A DNA stretch of 59,625 nucleotides, from the NCBI GenBank assembly GCA_008369845.1, contig MRSU01008539.1, positions 1 through 59,625 of the forward strand. Reading direction: 5' to 3'. The number at the start of each line of letters is the position of its first letter. Position 1 is the stretch's first letter. This DNA comes from Trichomonas gallinae (taxonomy: Eukaryota). The position numbers and the translations under genes were made by a program. The notes under the pieces are model-generated. The model searched no databases. It was not told where the DNA came from and was given only the letters and a program-made list of their open reading frames with translations. Below, in pieces: positions 33,309 to 44,146 of the stretch.

Positions 33309-33502
33309 AATATTCTAAACCACTGAAGGTTGAAGTAAAAAAACGCGAGAAATTTCCTATTTTGATATGGATATCGGTATACTTTTATTCGCGATTAGTC
33401 TTTTGCTGATCCGAAAATTCTTGATCAGGTCTCTCAAAAAATATCACTTTTTTTCGAAACCTTTTTTTTGGGCGGTTTTTTTTTCAGAAATTAATATCAT
33501 CT

Positions 33503-34909
33503 ATGATTTTGTTCTTTTTGATCAGCTTCTGGAATATTTTCAGGAAATCACAACCATCGGAGCCCACTTATCTATACACGGACGAGAACCAGCGCAATCA
33601 CTTCTCAAAACAAAATATTTATCCCGAAAACGATGAAAATTTCATTAATAGCCATAGAAATGATATGAAAAGCTTCTCAGAAAGATCAACTATCTATAAC
33701 AATATTTTTGACTCTGAACAATCGAAATTTTCTATTTCTGATAGAAAACAGAATCATTTTTTTGAAAGACTAGCATTAGAAGATACAACTACAAATGATG
33801 ATGAGCCAGATCCTTCTCTATCTGATACTGCTTCCGTTACAACTACGGATACTTCATCAGACCCAGCTTTATCCACAACAACAGATACTTCATTAGATAC
33901 AACTTCTGATACAAAAACAGATTTAGCGACCGAAACAACATCAACCACAATAACAGAAATTTCATATGAAAAAGAATCAGAAACTACAACAGAAGCATCA
34001 TCAGAAACTACAACAGAGACAACATCGGAAACAACAACAGAGACAACATCAGAAACTACTACAGAGACAACAACTGAAACTACCACAACAGAGACAACAA
34101 CAGAAACTACTACAGAGACAACATCAGAAACTACCACAACAGAGACAACAACAGAAACTACCACAACAGAGACAACAACAGAAACTACAACAGAGACAAC
34201 AACAGAGACAACATCAGAAACAACAACAGAGACGACATCAGAAACTACAACAGAAGCATCATCAGAAACTACCACAACAGAGACAACAACAGAAACTACA
34301 ACAGAGACAACATCAGAAACTACCACAGAAATCGCATATGAAACGCCTTCTATGACACCATCTTCTACGCCTTCTTCAACACCTTCCTTAACACCAGCTT
34401 CAACACCTTCTTCCACTCCTTCATCGACACCATCTTCTACGCCTTCTTCAACTCCTTCCTCAACACCTTCATCAACACCTTCATCGACGCCATCTTCAAC
34501 TCCTTCCTCAACACCTTCATCAACACCATCATCGACGCCATCTTCAACACCAGCTTCGACACCATCATCAACTCCTTCTTCAACACCTTCATCTACACCT
34601 TCCTCGACACCATCTTCAACACCTGCTTCTACACCTGCTTCAACTCCTTCTTTAACACCTGCTTCTACGCCTCATGATACACCATTCGAGACGCCAGCAC
34701 GCACAGAAAACGAGGCCAAACAAGTGTTTGGAAGCCCTATCTTCTATGTTCCTATGACAATCATAGCAGTAATTTCCATTTCTCTAATGATCCTGTTCAT
34801 CCTCATCGCGCTGAAGGTCTACAGGCCGGCCGGAGAAAAGACGCACAGCGACGACTCGTGGCATGACCCGCTTCACTATGCTATAGACTCAGAACTTATT
34901 GACGCGTAA
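33503..34909 (+). CDS. Mucin-like type I surface protein (TTET/TSET and TPSS repeats, single TM)
   Basis: Hydrophobic N-terminus, Thr/Glu-rich repeats, about 28 TPxx repeats, TM IIAVISISLMILFILIAL, short cytosolic tail. Confidence 0.85.
   Translation: MILFFLISFWNIFRKSQPSEPTYLYTDENQRNHFSKQNIYPENDENFINSHRNDMKSFSERSTIYNNIFDSEQSKFSISDRKQNHFFERLALEDTTTNDDEPDPSLSDTASVTTTDTSSDPALSTTTDTSLDTTSDTKTDLATETTSTTITEISYEKESETTTEASSETTTETTSETTTETTSETTTETTTETTTTETTTETTTETTSETTTTETTTETTTTETTTETTTETTTETTSETTTETTSETTTEASSETTTTETTTETTTETTSETTTEIAYETPSMTPSSTPSSTPSLTPASTPSSTPSSTPSSTPSSTPSSTPSSTPSSTPSSTPSSTPSSTPSSTPSSTPASTPSSTPSSTPSSTPSSTPSSTPASTPASTPSLTPASTPHDTPFETPARTENEAKQVFGSPIFYVPMTIIAVISISLMILFILIALKVYRPAGEKTHSDDSWHDPLHYAIDSELIDA
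33978..34700 (+). repeat. Coding tandem repeats (12-bp ACAACAGARACA-type and ACACCTTCWTCA-type units)
   Basis: Visible 12-bp periodicity encoding TTET/TSET then TPSS. Confidence 0.9.
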
Positions 34910-35073
34910 TCCTTTTATTATTGGTAATGTATATGTTGAATAAATAATCTTGACCTATCATATAAGTAATTTTTTTTATAATTTATTAATAAATTTTGTC
35001 ATGTAAATATTTTTTGCCACGTAAAACGTCAAAAACGAATTTAGGGTCTGTTCAAAAATAAAGGGGGGAAATA

Positions 35074-36135
35074 ATGAGTGGTGAAGATAACGAATCTCAT
35101 TTGACAATTGATCAGACAGTCAGACTCTTTCAAGAGCAGTACAGACTAAGAGCAATTCCAGGTGAAACCAACGTTGCTATATTGTCAAGAGTCGAAGATA
35201 TGAAAGCTCATCCGGGTATGTATGGGCAAGCACAAGTAACCAATATTCGATTTGTATGGTATATACAGAAAACACCAACAATTAACTGCTCAATTGGTTA
35301 TAATACAATTGTAAATTATCGAATTACTAATACATTCAATCAATCTTCTGGAAATACGGAAAATCTATTCATTAGAGCCAAAGAAGGAACAAAAACATTC
35401 GAATTTATTTTCTCTGTTTCAAGAATTAATGCTTCTGTTTTCAAATTTTTCGAAAAGGCACTTAAAAACTATCAAAACTCACAGCTATTCCGCGAGCAGC
35501 GTCTAAGATCTGCAATTATCAACAATGGATCCCTTAATCTCATTCCAAATGAGCAAGTTGTTTTGCAGCTTGATGGTTTATCGAATTTCTCAGGTGAAGT
35601 TGCTAAAATAGGTACTGCTATCGTCACAACAATGAGATTTATTTGGCATTCAGAGATTGTTTCGAATTTTAACGTTTCAATTCCTCTAATTTTGCTTGGA
35701 CCGTTCAAAGTCTCGGATTCTCGAAGATTTGGTAAGTGCTTTTATCTCAAACTGTATTCTAATGGCTCTAAGTTCATGTACGGCTTCACATTGAAGCCAG
35801 AAGACAAACTTATTGAATTCTTGAAATCTGCTGAGAAGATTAGGATGTCGGCTGTCGAAAAACCGTTGCTTACTCCACCTCTTCCTGTCGAAGTTGTTGA
35901 TCAAAAGGCTGAAGCTTTCACTCCACAGCAAGTTGAAGAAGAATTTAAATACGATGATATTGATCAGTCGCTGTTTTATATTCCTATAGAGCAAAATACT
36001 GAATGTCCACCTCAAGAGATCGTCTTTGATAAAAGAATTGGTCTTTCTATTGAGAAATTCGCTAATGGAGAATCTTTGACCTCGAAATGGACCGATGCTA
36101 GTAATACGCCAATATCCACTGTCGAAGAGTTATAA
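35074..36135 (+). CDS. BBS5: Bardet-Biedl syndrome 5 protein (BBSome subunit)
   Basis: VEDMK..G..G...VTNIRFVW, SIGYNTI, FEFIF, SQLFREQRLRSAII, GLSNFSGEVAKIGT..VTTMRFIW...NFNVSIP, SRRFG, GLSIEK. Confidence 0.92.
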   Translation: MSGEDNESHLTIDQTVRLFQEQYRLRAIPGETNVAILSRVEDMKAHPGMYGQAQVTNIRFVWYIQKTPTINCSIGYNTIVNYRITNTFNQSSGNTENLFIRAKEGTKTFEFIFSVSRINASVFKFFEKALKNYQNSQLFREQRLRSAIINNGSLNLIPNEQVVLQLDGLSNFSGEVAKIGTAIVTTMRFIWHSEIVSNFNVSIPLILLGPFKVSDSRRFGKCFYLKLYSNGSKFMYGFTLKPEDKLIEFLKSAEKIRMSAVEKPLLTPPLPVEVVDQKAEAFTPQQVEEEFKYDDIDQSLFYIPIEQNTECPPQEIVFDKRIGLSIEKFANGESLTSKWTDASNTPISTVEEL

Positions 36136-36272
36136 ATCTGTTATATTTATTTGTTATTAAATTAAATAATGTTTTTATTATATTTTATTTCGATTAATAG
36201 CTCAAATATAGAAAGCATATAGTGATTTAAGTTATGTGTTATTACAAAAATTGATCAATATTTGGTCATAAA

Positions 36273-37106
36273 ATGTTTTTGTTGTCTATATTTAGTTATC
36301 TCTGTTTATTCTTAAGATCAATACTGCAGTTCAATACACTCGTGTGGATATTCATACTATCTCCTTTCATCAGATTCTTTTTATCAGGCGATTCTCCTCA
36401 AGAAATATATATCAACAACAAAAAATCCGAAGAAATTAAACCAATTCCAACTCCTATGGAAACTCCTACCAATACTAAATCTCAAATAGACGAAATTATT
36501 CAAGAAGCAAAGAAAGAAATTAAAGAAGAATTAAATAAACAGCCAGAAGTTCCACCATTAGAATTCCCTTATCTCCAATACGAAAATACTACGACTAGTT
36601 TCATACAAAAACTTGTTGTTGATAATATTTATGATGATGGAGGAAAATACGACGGAAAAGAAGCTCAAATTTTAACAGAGGAAAAGTTTTGGAATGCAAC
36701 AAATTTCGATCTCATTGAAATTCAGCATAAAAATGGTCAAACGGAAAAAAAGCATTTTTGGCAAAAGCGTGTTAGCAAAATGGATGGCTTATGGTGCGCA
36801 AAAGGAGGAGGTGGAGTCTTTAGATATGATATTACTCAGCCAATTTTAGTTGAGGGTATAACATTAAATACAAGACTTGATAAGCGATGCAAACTAATGA
36901 ATTTGAGTGTTGTTTCTGATAACAATCCAGTTCTTTCTTTCGAAGGCATTCCAATCAAAGAAAACACAACGATTCTCTTCCAAAATCCATTTTTATCCAA
37001 GTATTTAGACATTAATCTAACCTATTCTGATTGTCCAACTAATCCTAATACTATGTACTGTATCTCACAATTCTATCTTTTACCATATGATTTTAACAAA
37101 TATTAA
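36273..37106 (+). CDS. Hypothetical membrane-anchored protein
   Basis: 277 aa ORF; hydrophobic N-terminus and beta-rich C-terminal domain. Confidence 0.65.
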   Translation: MFLLSIFSYLCLFLRSILQFNTLVWIFILSPFIRFFLSGDSPQEIYINNKKSEEIKPIPTPMETPTNTKSQIDEIIQEAKKEIKEELNKQPEVPPLEFPYLQYENTTTSFIQKLVVDNIYDDGGKYDGKEAQILTEEKFWNATNFDLIEIQHKNGQTEKKHFWQKRVSKMDGLWCAKGGGGVFRYDITQPILVEGITLNTRLDKRCKLMNLSVVSDNNPVLSFEGIPIKENTTILFQNPFLSKYLDINLTYSDCPTNPNTMYCISQFYLLPYDFNKY

Positions 37107-37468
37107 AATTCAAAAGCAACTCTCGTTATACTATTTTACTACTTTTATTATTGAATGTAAACTAAATTTATCTGTTTTAAGTTTCAATAATTTCAATGAA
37201 TAGGAAAATATACTAAAGATCCCATTTTAACAGTAAATATGTATTATTTATGTGATATATAGGAATTTACTATGTGTTATAATGCTCAATTCAATTATTG
37301 AAAATTTTGATTTTTCCATTATGCGTCAAATCGAATAAAAATTTATTTTTTTGAGATATATTCACCACAAAGTTATAATATTCATTATAAAATTATATTT
37401 TGCCACGTAAATCTAAAAAATGAAATGTAAAATACTGTACGTTAAGAGCCTTTTTTGTTTTTCTATAA

Positions 37469-38845
37469 ATGCATGAAGTAAATTCGCCATCTCCACAGAA
37501 AGTGTATCAAGATTCGATAGGAAGATTAGAAGAAGGTCATGTTACTCCAAAAAAATATCAACCAGATGAAAAACAAAAAATATTTCACAAAATCAACTTA
37601 TTAAATTCAGAAAACGATGCTGATTGGACGTGTGCTATCAATTGTTTGACACAAAATCCAGAATATGTTGATTCAAGTATGATTCCACGAATTTTTCAAA
37701 TCGGATCTACCGATGATCCAGAGATGCAGTATTTAGTATTAACTTTTCTGCTTACATACCTAAAATCACCAGCAGCTGAGCCAGAAATTCTCATTGAAAA
37801 CAATGTTATTAATTACTTATCAAATTTTGTAAGCGAAGGAGACCCATTTTTATTCACTCATTCATTAGAAATCATACAAATACTATGTGGACATAATACA
37901 CAAATTTCTCAATTAATAGCAAATTCAGATTTGATTCAAAAATGCTATGGATCATCACAATCTTCAATAGAAACGATGGAAATAATGGGTGATGATGATA
38001 CAGATGATGATTTTACAAATTATTGCTACATTGTCGAAGGAACTCTGAAAATCTTCACTCATTATCTACCAAGACTGCAGATTGAGATGATGACGCTGCT
38101 TACAATGCTAGTTTCATCTAAGCACAGAATATTGCAAATAATGTCATTAGATTTTCTTTTTTATTTGGCGAAAAAATGCGAAATTGATTTACTTGTTTCT
38201 TTCGTTGAAATTCCTCAATTTTCTGAAGTATTACAGTCTATTTTAGCATCAAAAAGCACAGAGGCAGCTTTATATGTTGCTTTAACATTTGTTTCAAGAG
38301 ATGCTTCGTTTATTCCTTTCTTTATTAATGCAGGAATTTTGAAAATTGTCAACAAAAAATTATCTAGGGATGAATTAGTTTTATTTTTCCATTTCTTGAA
38401 CAAATTAGCCGAATATCAATCACACGATTATGATGAGTTTTTGGGATCTCTTGAAGTCGCCAATCTTGCAAATGAAAATGTTATCGATCAGCCTTTTGAA
38501 GTCTCGAAGCCAGTTGTTTTATTCATGTGCACTTTAGCATCAAGGAATGAGCCAGAATTGTTGAATGTCATTGTTGAACATTACAGAAACGTTTGCACAC
38601 TAGCAATTAGACTGATTAGTGACGTAGAACTGAATTATCAAAAATATCTTTTGAGATTCATAGTTATCTTCTTGATGCACATTGTTAATCAGGAGAAAAG
38701 CATTGTTGAGACAATAATGAATATGTTGAATCCAAACGAAATAATTGAAGCATGCGAAGGAGTTTTATCCAACATGGAGATTTCCCCCGAAATGGAACAG
38801 TATTGTCACCAAATAATAGAAACATTAGAACAATACGAACAATAA
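37469..38845 (+). CDS. Hypothetical ARM/HEAT-like alpha-solenoid protein
   Basis: 458 aa Leu/Ile/Glu-rich helical ORF; preceded by a CCTTT element. Confidence 0.7.
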   Translation: MHEVNSPSPQKVYQDSIGRLEEGHVTPKKYQPDEKQKIFHKINLLNSENDADWTCAINCLTQNPEYVDSSMIPRIFQIGSTDDPEMQYLVLTFLLTYLKSPAAEPEILIENNVINYLSNFVSEGDPFLFTHSLEIIQILCGHNTQISQLIANSDLIQKCYGSSQSSIETMEIMGDDDTDDDFTNYCYIVEGTLKIFTHYLPRLQIEMMTLLTMLVSSKHRILQIMSLDFLFYLAKKCEIDLLVSFVEIPQFSEVLQSILASKSTEAALYVALTFVSRDASFIPFFINAGILKIVNKKLSRDELVLFFHFLNKLAEYQSHDYDEFLGSLEVANLANENVIDQPFEVSKPVVLFMCTLASRNEPELLNVIVEHYRNVCTLAIRLISDVELNYQKYLLRFIVIFLMHIVNQEKSIVETIMNMLNPNEIIEACEGVLSNMEISPEMEQYCHQIIETLEQYEQ

Positions 38846-39532
38846 TTTTTTACTGTTTATTTTATATTAAAAACTATGAATATTAAATAATTAATATTGC
38901 TTTTATTTCCAATTATATAATACATCTACTAGTATACATATTATATTCAAAGTTGTAGTTTCTGATATTGACTTTTTGACCAGTGTTGACAGTTTTTTTT
39001 TTCGCCGAATATAAAAAATATTCCTCATTTTTCTCGAGAGAAAACATCATTAAGCAAAAGTTCCATATGATAGTAACATTATTAAAGCAATATAATATGC
39101 TAAATAAACTAGTAGAAAAATACATTTACTGGTACAACTAATAATACTAGATAAGATAATTTAAGATTAAAAATCAATTTCGTAATATTTTTCTAAAACA
39201 TAATGAACATGCATAACTTTTCAAAGAAAGGTATTATTCACAATAAATCATGAGGGTATCATATATTTTGTTTCTATCGAAACAAAAAAACTGTCTTTAA
39301 ATTCCTAGAAGTTATTTTTATATGTTTTTGCGTAAAATAATGAGTTATTTCTCTAATTACTATAGAACAATTTGTTTAATAATTTTCAAAAATTTTATTT
39401 TCATAATGAATGAGAATTTTTACTGCATCAAAACGATGTAATATGGAGTGTATATTCGAATGGCAACAAAGTGTTCGGTAAAAACTAGTTTTGATATGAT
39501 TGGATTTCGAAAAATGAAGAAAAAAGTGACAA

Positions 39533-41128
39533 ATGTTGTTGCTTTTTCTTTCTTTAGCGAAATCCCAATTCATTCCCTACTCTTTGACCGATGAATGCAC
39601 CATTCCTAGGATAAATGCATCCCTTTTACCGTCAAAAGCGCGCGGACTCAAAACAGTAATCGGAATCGGATTGAAACCAGACGACCCAGAAACGAAATCT
39701 CGCGAGCAAACTATCATCGAAGCATCATACTATTACGGCGAAATGGCAGATTTCTACTTCCTTGAGCCTGTCTCAGCAGACGCAATGGCCACCGAATATG
39801 GAATACGTATGCCATGCATTTTCGTGTACCGTGTAGGTCTTCTCTGTGGTACGTATAATTATCCGCAAGCTGATACTGGCGTTATGTTCCTGCTCAAATT
39901 ATTATTAGAACCAATGCCAGAACCTGTCCAAAATCTTTCGGAAGTATATTCTCAGCTTGGTAATAGCCCATATTCATTCATAGTTACACCAGAACGCTAC
40001 AATAACGCAATTTCATTACAATTCGATTGTTCATCGAACATGCAGATCGGTGTAGTTGTCGCTGTCCCTCAAATCCTTCTTTCCTTCGGACTGAACTACA
40101 CAAAGATTGCATTATTCAGATCAGAAGACAGAACAATTACGCAAGCAAGAGAATATAAAGAAGGATTGTATCAACAAACATATCCAGTTTTCCGTATTCT
40201 TATGAGCTCAGACCTCCGTGGTCCGGATACAATAGTTTTCGCGCTCGTTGCTCCAACACTTACAGATGAATATAGAGATTTCCTCTACAATGTCGGTTTA
40301 GCTAATCCAGGCTTCGTCGTTGGCTATCTTCCACGCAACCTCCGCTCATACGCCGAGTCAATTTGCCATATTATCTTCGAAGAATCAACTGTTGCTGTTG
40401 TCGCGTTTAACTACGATAACGGCTTCTATTATGACACGTCCAGCGAGTTCACAGCAGATTTCTACAAGAGGCCGTTCTCTCTTCAAAACTGGTACAGAAA
40501 AGGAAATAATATTCTCGCAAAGATTCTTAAAGGCCAAATTAAACCAGAATTTATTAGCGAACCAGAACCGGCAGTGTCCGAAACAAACGTTCAAATGCTT
40601 GTTGGCACAACTTACGAACAATTTGTTATGGATCCGAATTACGATGTTGTTGTTCTATACAAACGCGAAGGATGCGATAACTGCGTTGAATTCTTCCCAG
40701 AATACCTCGAATTTGCTAAATCATTATCAAATTACACATATCTCAAATTTGGCTACATTGATATCATGAAGAACAGCGCCAAAAAGAAATATCCATTCAT
40801 GCCTGGTGTCCCACACGTTCATTTCTTCCCAGCAAAGAATAAATCGAATGATCAGCCAATGAGAGGAGGCAGATCAACAAACTCAATGCTCAGAATGATT
40901 AAGACAAACTCTGAGTTCGAGTATGCTTTCGAAGCTCCACCATTGGATAAGGCCAGCGCAAGTTTAGAATTATTCACACTTTTGTTTGCAGCTAAAGACA
41001 TGCCACCGGAGGAACAGGCCAAGGCAATGGAGTATGTTAAGTCAATCAGCGACATGCTCAACACAACATCAACTGATCAACAAAATACAACTAAGACAGT
41101 CGAGCCAGATCTCACCAAAGAGCTTTGA
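39533..41128 (+). CDS. Thioredoxin-domain / PDI-like ER protein
   Basis: Signal peptide MLLLFLSLAKS; C-terminal Trx domain VQMLVGTTYEQFVMDP..DVVVLY..GCDNC, VPHVHFFPA; terminal TKEL (KDEL-like). Confidence 0.85.
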   Translation: MLLLFLSLAKSQFIPYSLTDECTIPRINASLLPSKARGLKTVIGIGLKPDDPETKSREQTIIEASYYYGEMADFYFLEPVSADAMATEYGIRMPCIFVYRVGLLCGTYNYPQADTGVMFLLKLLLEPMPEPVQNLSEVYSQLGNSPYSFIVTPERYNNAISLQFDCSSNMQIGVVVAVPQILLSFGLNYTKIALFRSEDRTITQAREYKEGLYQQTYPVFRILMSSDLRGPDTIVFALVAPTLTDEYRDFLYNVGLANPGFVVGYLPRNLRSYAESICHIIFEESTVAVVAFNYDNGFYYDTSSEFTADFYKRPFSLQNWYRKGNNILAKILKGQIKPEFISEPEPAVSETNVQMLVGTTYEQFVMDPNYDVVVLYKREGCDNCVEFFPEYLEFAKSLSNYTYLKFGYIDIMKNSAKKKYPFMPGVPHVHFFPAKNKSNDQPMRGGRSTNSMLRMIKTNSEFEYAFEAPPLDKASASLELFTLLFAAKDMPPEEQAKAMEYVKSISDMLNTTSTDQQNTTKTVEPDLTKEL

Positions 41129-41639
41129 ATAAAGAGTTTATTCAAGTAACTTCTTATAATATTTAATTTTTTCATTACAATTTTAATTATATTTACCATA
41201 AAATATCAATGTTCTTCTCTAGAAACTCATCTGCAGGTGTAGTATACAGTGATCTGCAAAAATATGCATTTGACTTAATGATTTAGATAAATTTTTAATA
41301 CTTCACATATTTCATATGCAAAGGGTGTTTAAGACGTTGCTTATATTTGCACTAATAAACTATCATCCCATCAAATAATTTTAGTTAATATCACTACTGA
41401 ATCTTATAAATTAAAAACTTATATATATAAAACTTAATATATATATGAATAACAACAATACATGTTTCTATATTTATAACATACATAGTATTAAAACAAA
41501 GAAAAATAATATCCGTATTCAAACAAAAAGCGTGATAGTGTACAAACAAGTAAAATATATAAAATATATTTGTAGTAAAATGCAGACAATCATCTATCAA
41601 AGCGATAATCGAATTAATTAGAAATTTCTGAATTTCATT

Positions 41640-42104
41640 CTAAGAGAATGATGCACGTGTAACTTCTGTATCAGTATCTATACCGAGGAGATCGACTATA
41701 AAATCTTCAACAAAGTCCATAAGCTTCATATTATTAACCCAAACCGTAATTTTTTCTTCGTTGTATTTAGTTGAAAAGCCAACTATTGCAGGATCTAATG
41801 TTCCGCAAACCGCTGTTAAAATTAGTCTTTCCCATTGATAAATTAGCAATTCTTTTGGAATTGAAATAATTAATTTCCCTCCTGTTTTTAAATTTGGATC
41901 TTCTTGATCCATTTTGAAGGCTTTAGTGAAATATCCGAGTAGTAAATCAGGAGTTTTGTTCGGTTTTTTCAAATGTGTGTATAAGTCCCAAAACTGCTCT
42001 ATAGATTCGAATCTTCCGAGCACATGCAAGCCTGGTTTGAACTGTGTGTCGTTTGGTTCAATCATATAAAAAACTGTCCAAGGGCTCGCTAATGGATGAC
42101 TCAT
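41640..42104 (-). CDS. eIF4E: eIF4E-family protein (non-canonical cap pocket)
   Basis: HPLASPWTVFY, FESIEQFWDLY, EDP..KTGGK, WERLIL, ITVWV. Confidence 0.85.
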   Translation of the reverse strand: MSHPLASPWTVFYMIEPNDTQFKPGLHVLGRFESIEQFWDLYTHLKKPNKTPDLLLGYFTKAFKMDQEDPNLKTGGKLIISIPKELLIYQWERLILTAVCGTLDPAIVGFSTKYNEEKITVWVNNMKLMDFVEDFIVDLLGIDTDTEVTRASFS

Positions 42105-42619
42105 TTCGTATTATTATCGTCTTTCGCCGTCACTTTTATTGCATCGGATTACAATGAAAAATGACATATATCAGATTTGACATTTTACATGTCATATTTT
42201 TATAAAAATGCTTTGAAATATGAATTGAAATCGTCTGTATTCTCATTGCTATTTACAACAATAAATTATTATGGAGCTGTGACAAATTCAGGATATAACA
42301 TTGCATAAAATGATATTCATGTAGAAACGACACATTTTTAAAAGTTTACTAAAAATCGTTGTTTGTAAACTTTTTAAAAGATTCGTAGCTTTTGTAAACT
42401 ATTAAAAAAGTCGTAAAATCCTCTTCATTTGTTAGCATATAAAAGGGATTTTTTTGCTTATACAAATGATGATATTTAGAAATTACTTTTTTTTGCAAAT
42501 TTAAATTGGATTCTAGCTTTTGTCACGTAAAATGCGTTTTGCCACCGTAAAAAATATTGGCAAAGTCACCTCAGTATTTATGTCAACCCCTAAGATTATG
42601 TTCTGTACGTTAAAATCCG

Positions 42620-42628
42620 TCACTTTTT
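42620..42628 (+). promoter_or_regulatory. Inr element TCACTTTTT
   Basis: Ends 3 nt before ATG 42632. Confidence 0.65.
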
Positions 42629-42631
42629 AGA

Positions 42632-44146
42632 ATGGAAGAAGAGAAAAATCAGCCAAAAGCTGATGTTAACTTTTTTTCAGAGTCTGATGAGTCGGATGAA
42701 GACATCCAAATGAAGAAATTACTCGAAATTATCGAAACTCCTGTAAATCCAGTTGAAAATAAGAAAGATGAAGAAGAAAAACACGAAGAAACAAACGAAA
42801 ACAAAGAAGAAGAATCAGTTACTCCTTTGCCAATGCAAAACAATCCAGATTTAATCGATTTCGAAGAAATTAGCAACAAAGCAGAAAATCCGGTTGAAGA
42901 TGAACCAGAACCAACAGAAAAGGAACAAAAACCAGAAGAAACTACAGAAAATAAAGTTGAAACTGAGTCAAAAGAACCAGAACCTCCAAAAATCAAGAAA
43001 GTTGAAGGCAACCCAGCTTTGATTGAAGAATTGAAACAAAGAAATAAACCAGGAAAGATAGATATCAGGCAGAAACTCTTACACACACTTACGGCTGACT
43101 TTTTCGGTCAATCTGATCCTTCACTGAAAATTGTTCCTCCTTCAGGCGAAAGAGGCAGAAATTTACTTCGCAGGCAGATGCAGAAGATCTCAGACCAACA
43201 GGTTCTCAAAGAAGCGAAGAAAGACGTGGAAAATGAAATTCAGGCGGAATTTGATGAAGAAGAAGAGGAAGAAGAAGAAATTAACGAAGAAGAAGAGAAG
43301 AAGGACTCAAATCCATTAGAAGAATATGTTGTCGATAAACTTGAAAATGAAATTGGCAAAAACACAGAAATGACTGAAGAAGAGATCGAAAAGAAGCTTT
43401 ATCAAGATATTGTTAACCTTCGTCTCACCATTGATATCGAAGAAATCAAGAAAGTCATCAGAATTATTACCGGTGAATGGAGAAGTGGCAAGTTGCACGG
43501 TTCTGATGCCGCAGGCAACGAGACATTGGACCAGTCGTTCCAAGGTGACGAGGCAAACATGAAAAAACTCAGAGAAAAGAGGAAAATGAGAAACCAAAGA
43601 AGAAGAATGAGAATCGAGAATCAATTGGAAAAGCTATCTGCCCAAAGCCTGCAGGAAATGGTCCAGAAAGCCATGTGGATACAAATGGGTCAGTCTCCCG
43701 ATGCATCGCTCATGGATAAACTGCGTGCTGAGTCCCTGATGACCGACGATGCAGAGAAGAAGCAGATGCTCGAAGACATGGAGTTTCGTGAGTGGCAGAG
43801 AGAGCAGAGACTCAAGGAATGGGAGAAATACAAGCAGAAGGCTGAAAAGCGAATGCAGAAGAACCCCAACACATACAAACTCGACGCGTTGCACATAAAT
43901 CCAGAGTCAATCATGCCGGTCGGCCCCATGAGGAAGAAAGGTGACAAAAAACTCGAGACATTCACTTTCATGCCATCGGAGGAGCCAAGAATGAAGCCCA
44001 AACAGCCTCCTAGTGTTGTCATTGAGCTACCTGACGCAAAGGCAGATCCAAAGTTTATAGATTTCATCTCTAGATCAAATTCTTTGTCAAGGTCAGACTC
44101 TTTGAAACTGGATCCAAAAGATGACAAGAAAGTCGTCACATTATAA
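42632..44146 (+). CDS. Hypothetical acidic/charged coiled-coil protein
   Basis: 504 aa E/K-rich ORF with Inr and ATG; no recognised family. Confidence 0.75.
   Translation: MEEEKNQPKADVNFFSESDESDEDIQMKKLLEIIETPVNPVENKKDEEEKHEETNENKEEESVTPLPMQNNPDLIDFEEISNKAENPVEDEPEPTEKEQKPEETTENKVETESKEPEPPKIKKVEGNPALIEELKQRNKPGKIDIRQKLLHTLTADFFGQSDPSLKIVPPSGERGRNLLRRQMQKISDQQVLKEAKKDVENEIQAEFDEEEEEEEEINEEEEKKDSNPLEEYVVDKLENEIGKNTEMTEEEIEKKLYQDIVNLRLTIDIEEIKKVIRIITGEWRSGKLHGSDAAGNETLDQSFQGDEANMKKLREKRKMRNQRRRMRIENQLEKLSAQSLQEMVQKAMWIQMGQSPDASLMDKLRAESLMTDDAEKKQMLEDMEFREWQREQRLKEWEKYKQKAEKRMQKNPNTYKLDALHINPESIMPVGPMRKKGDKKLETFTFMPSEEPRMKPKQPPSVVIELPDAKADPKFIDFISRSNSLSRSDSLKLDPKDDKKVVTL

Noticed and set aside
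33754..34416. Val-rich antisense ORF and Gln-rich alternative-frame ORF
   Set aside because: Artefacts of the Thr-rich coding repeat.
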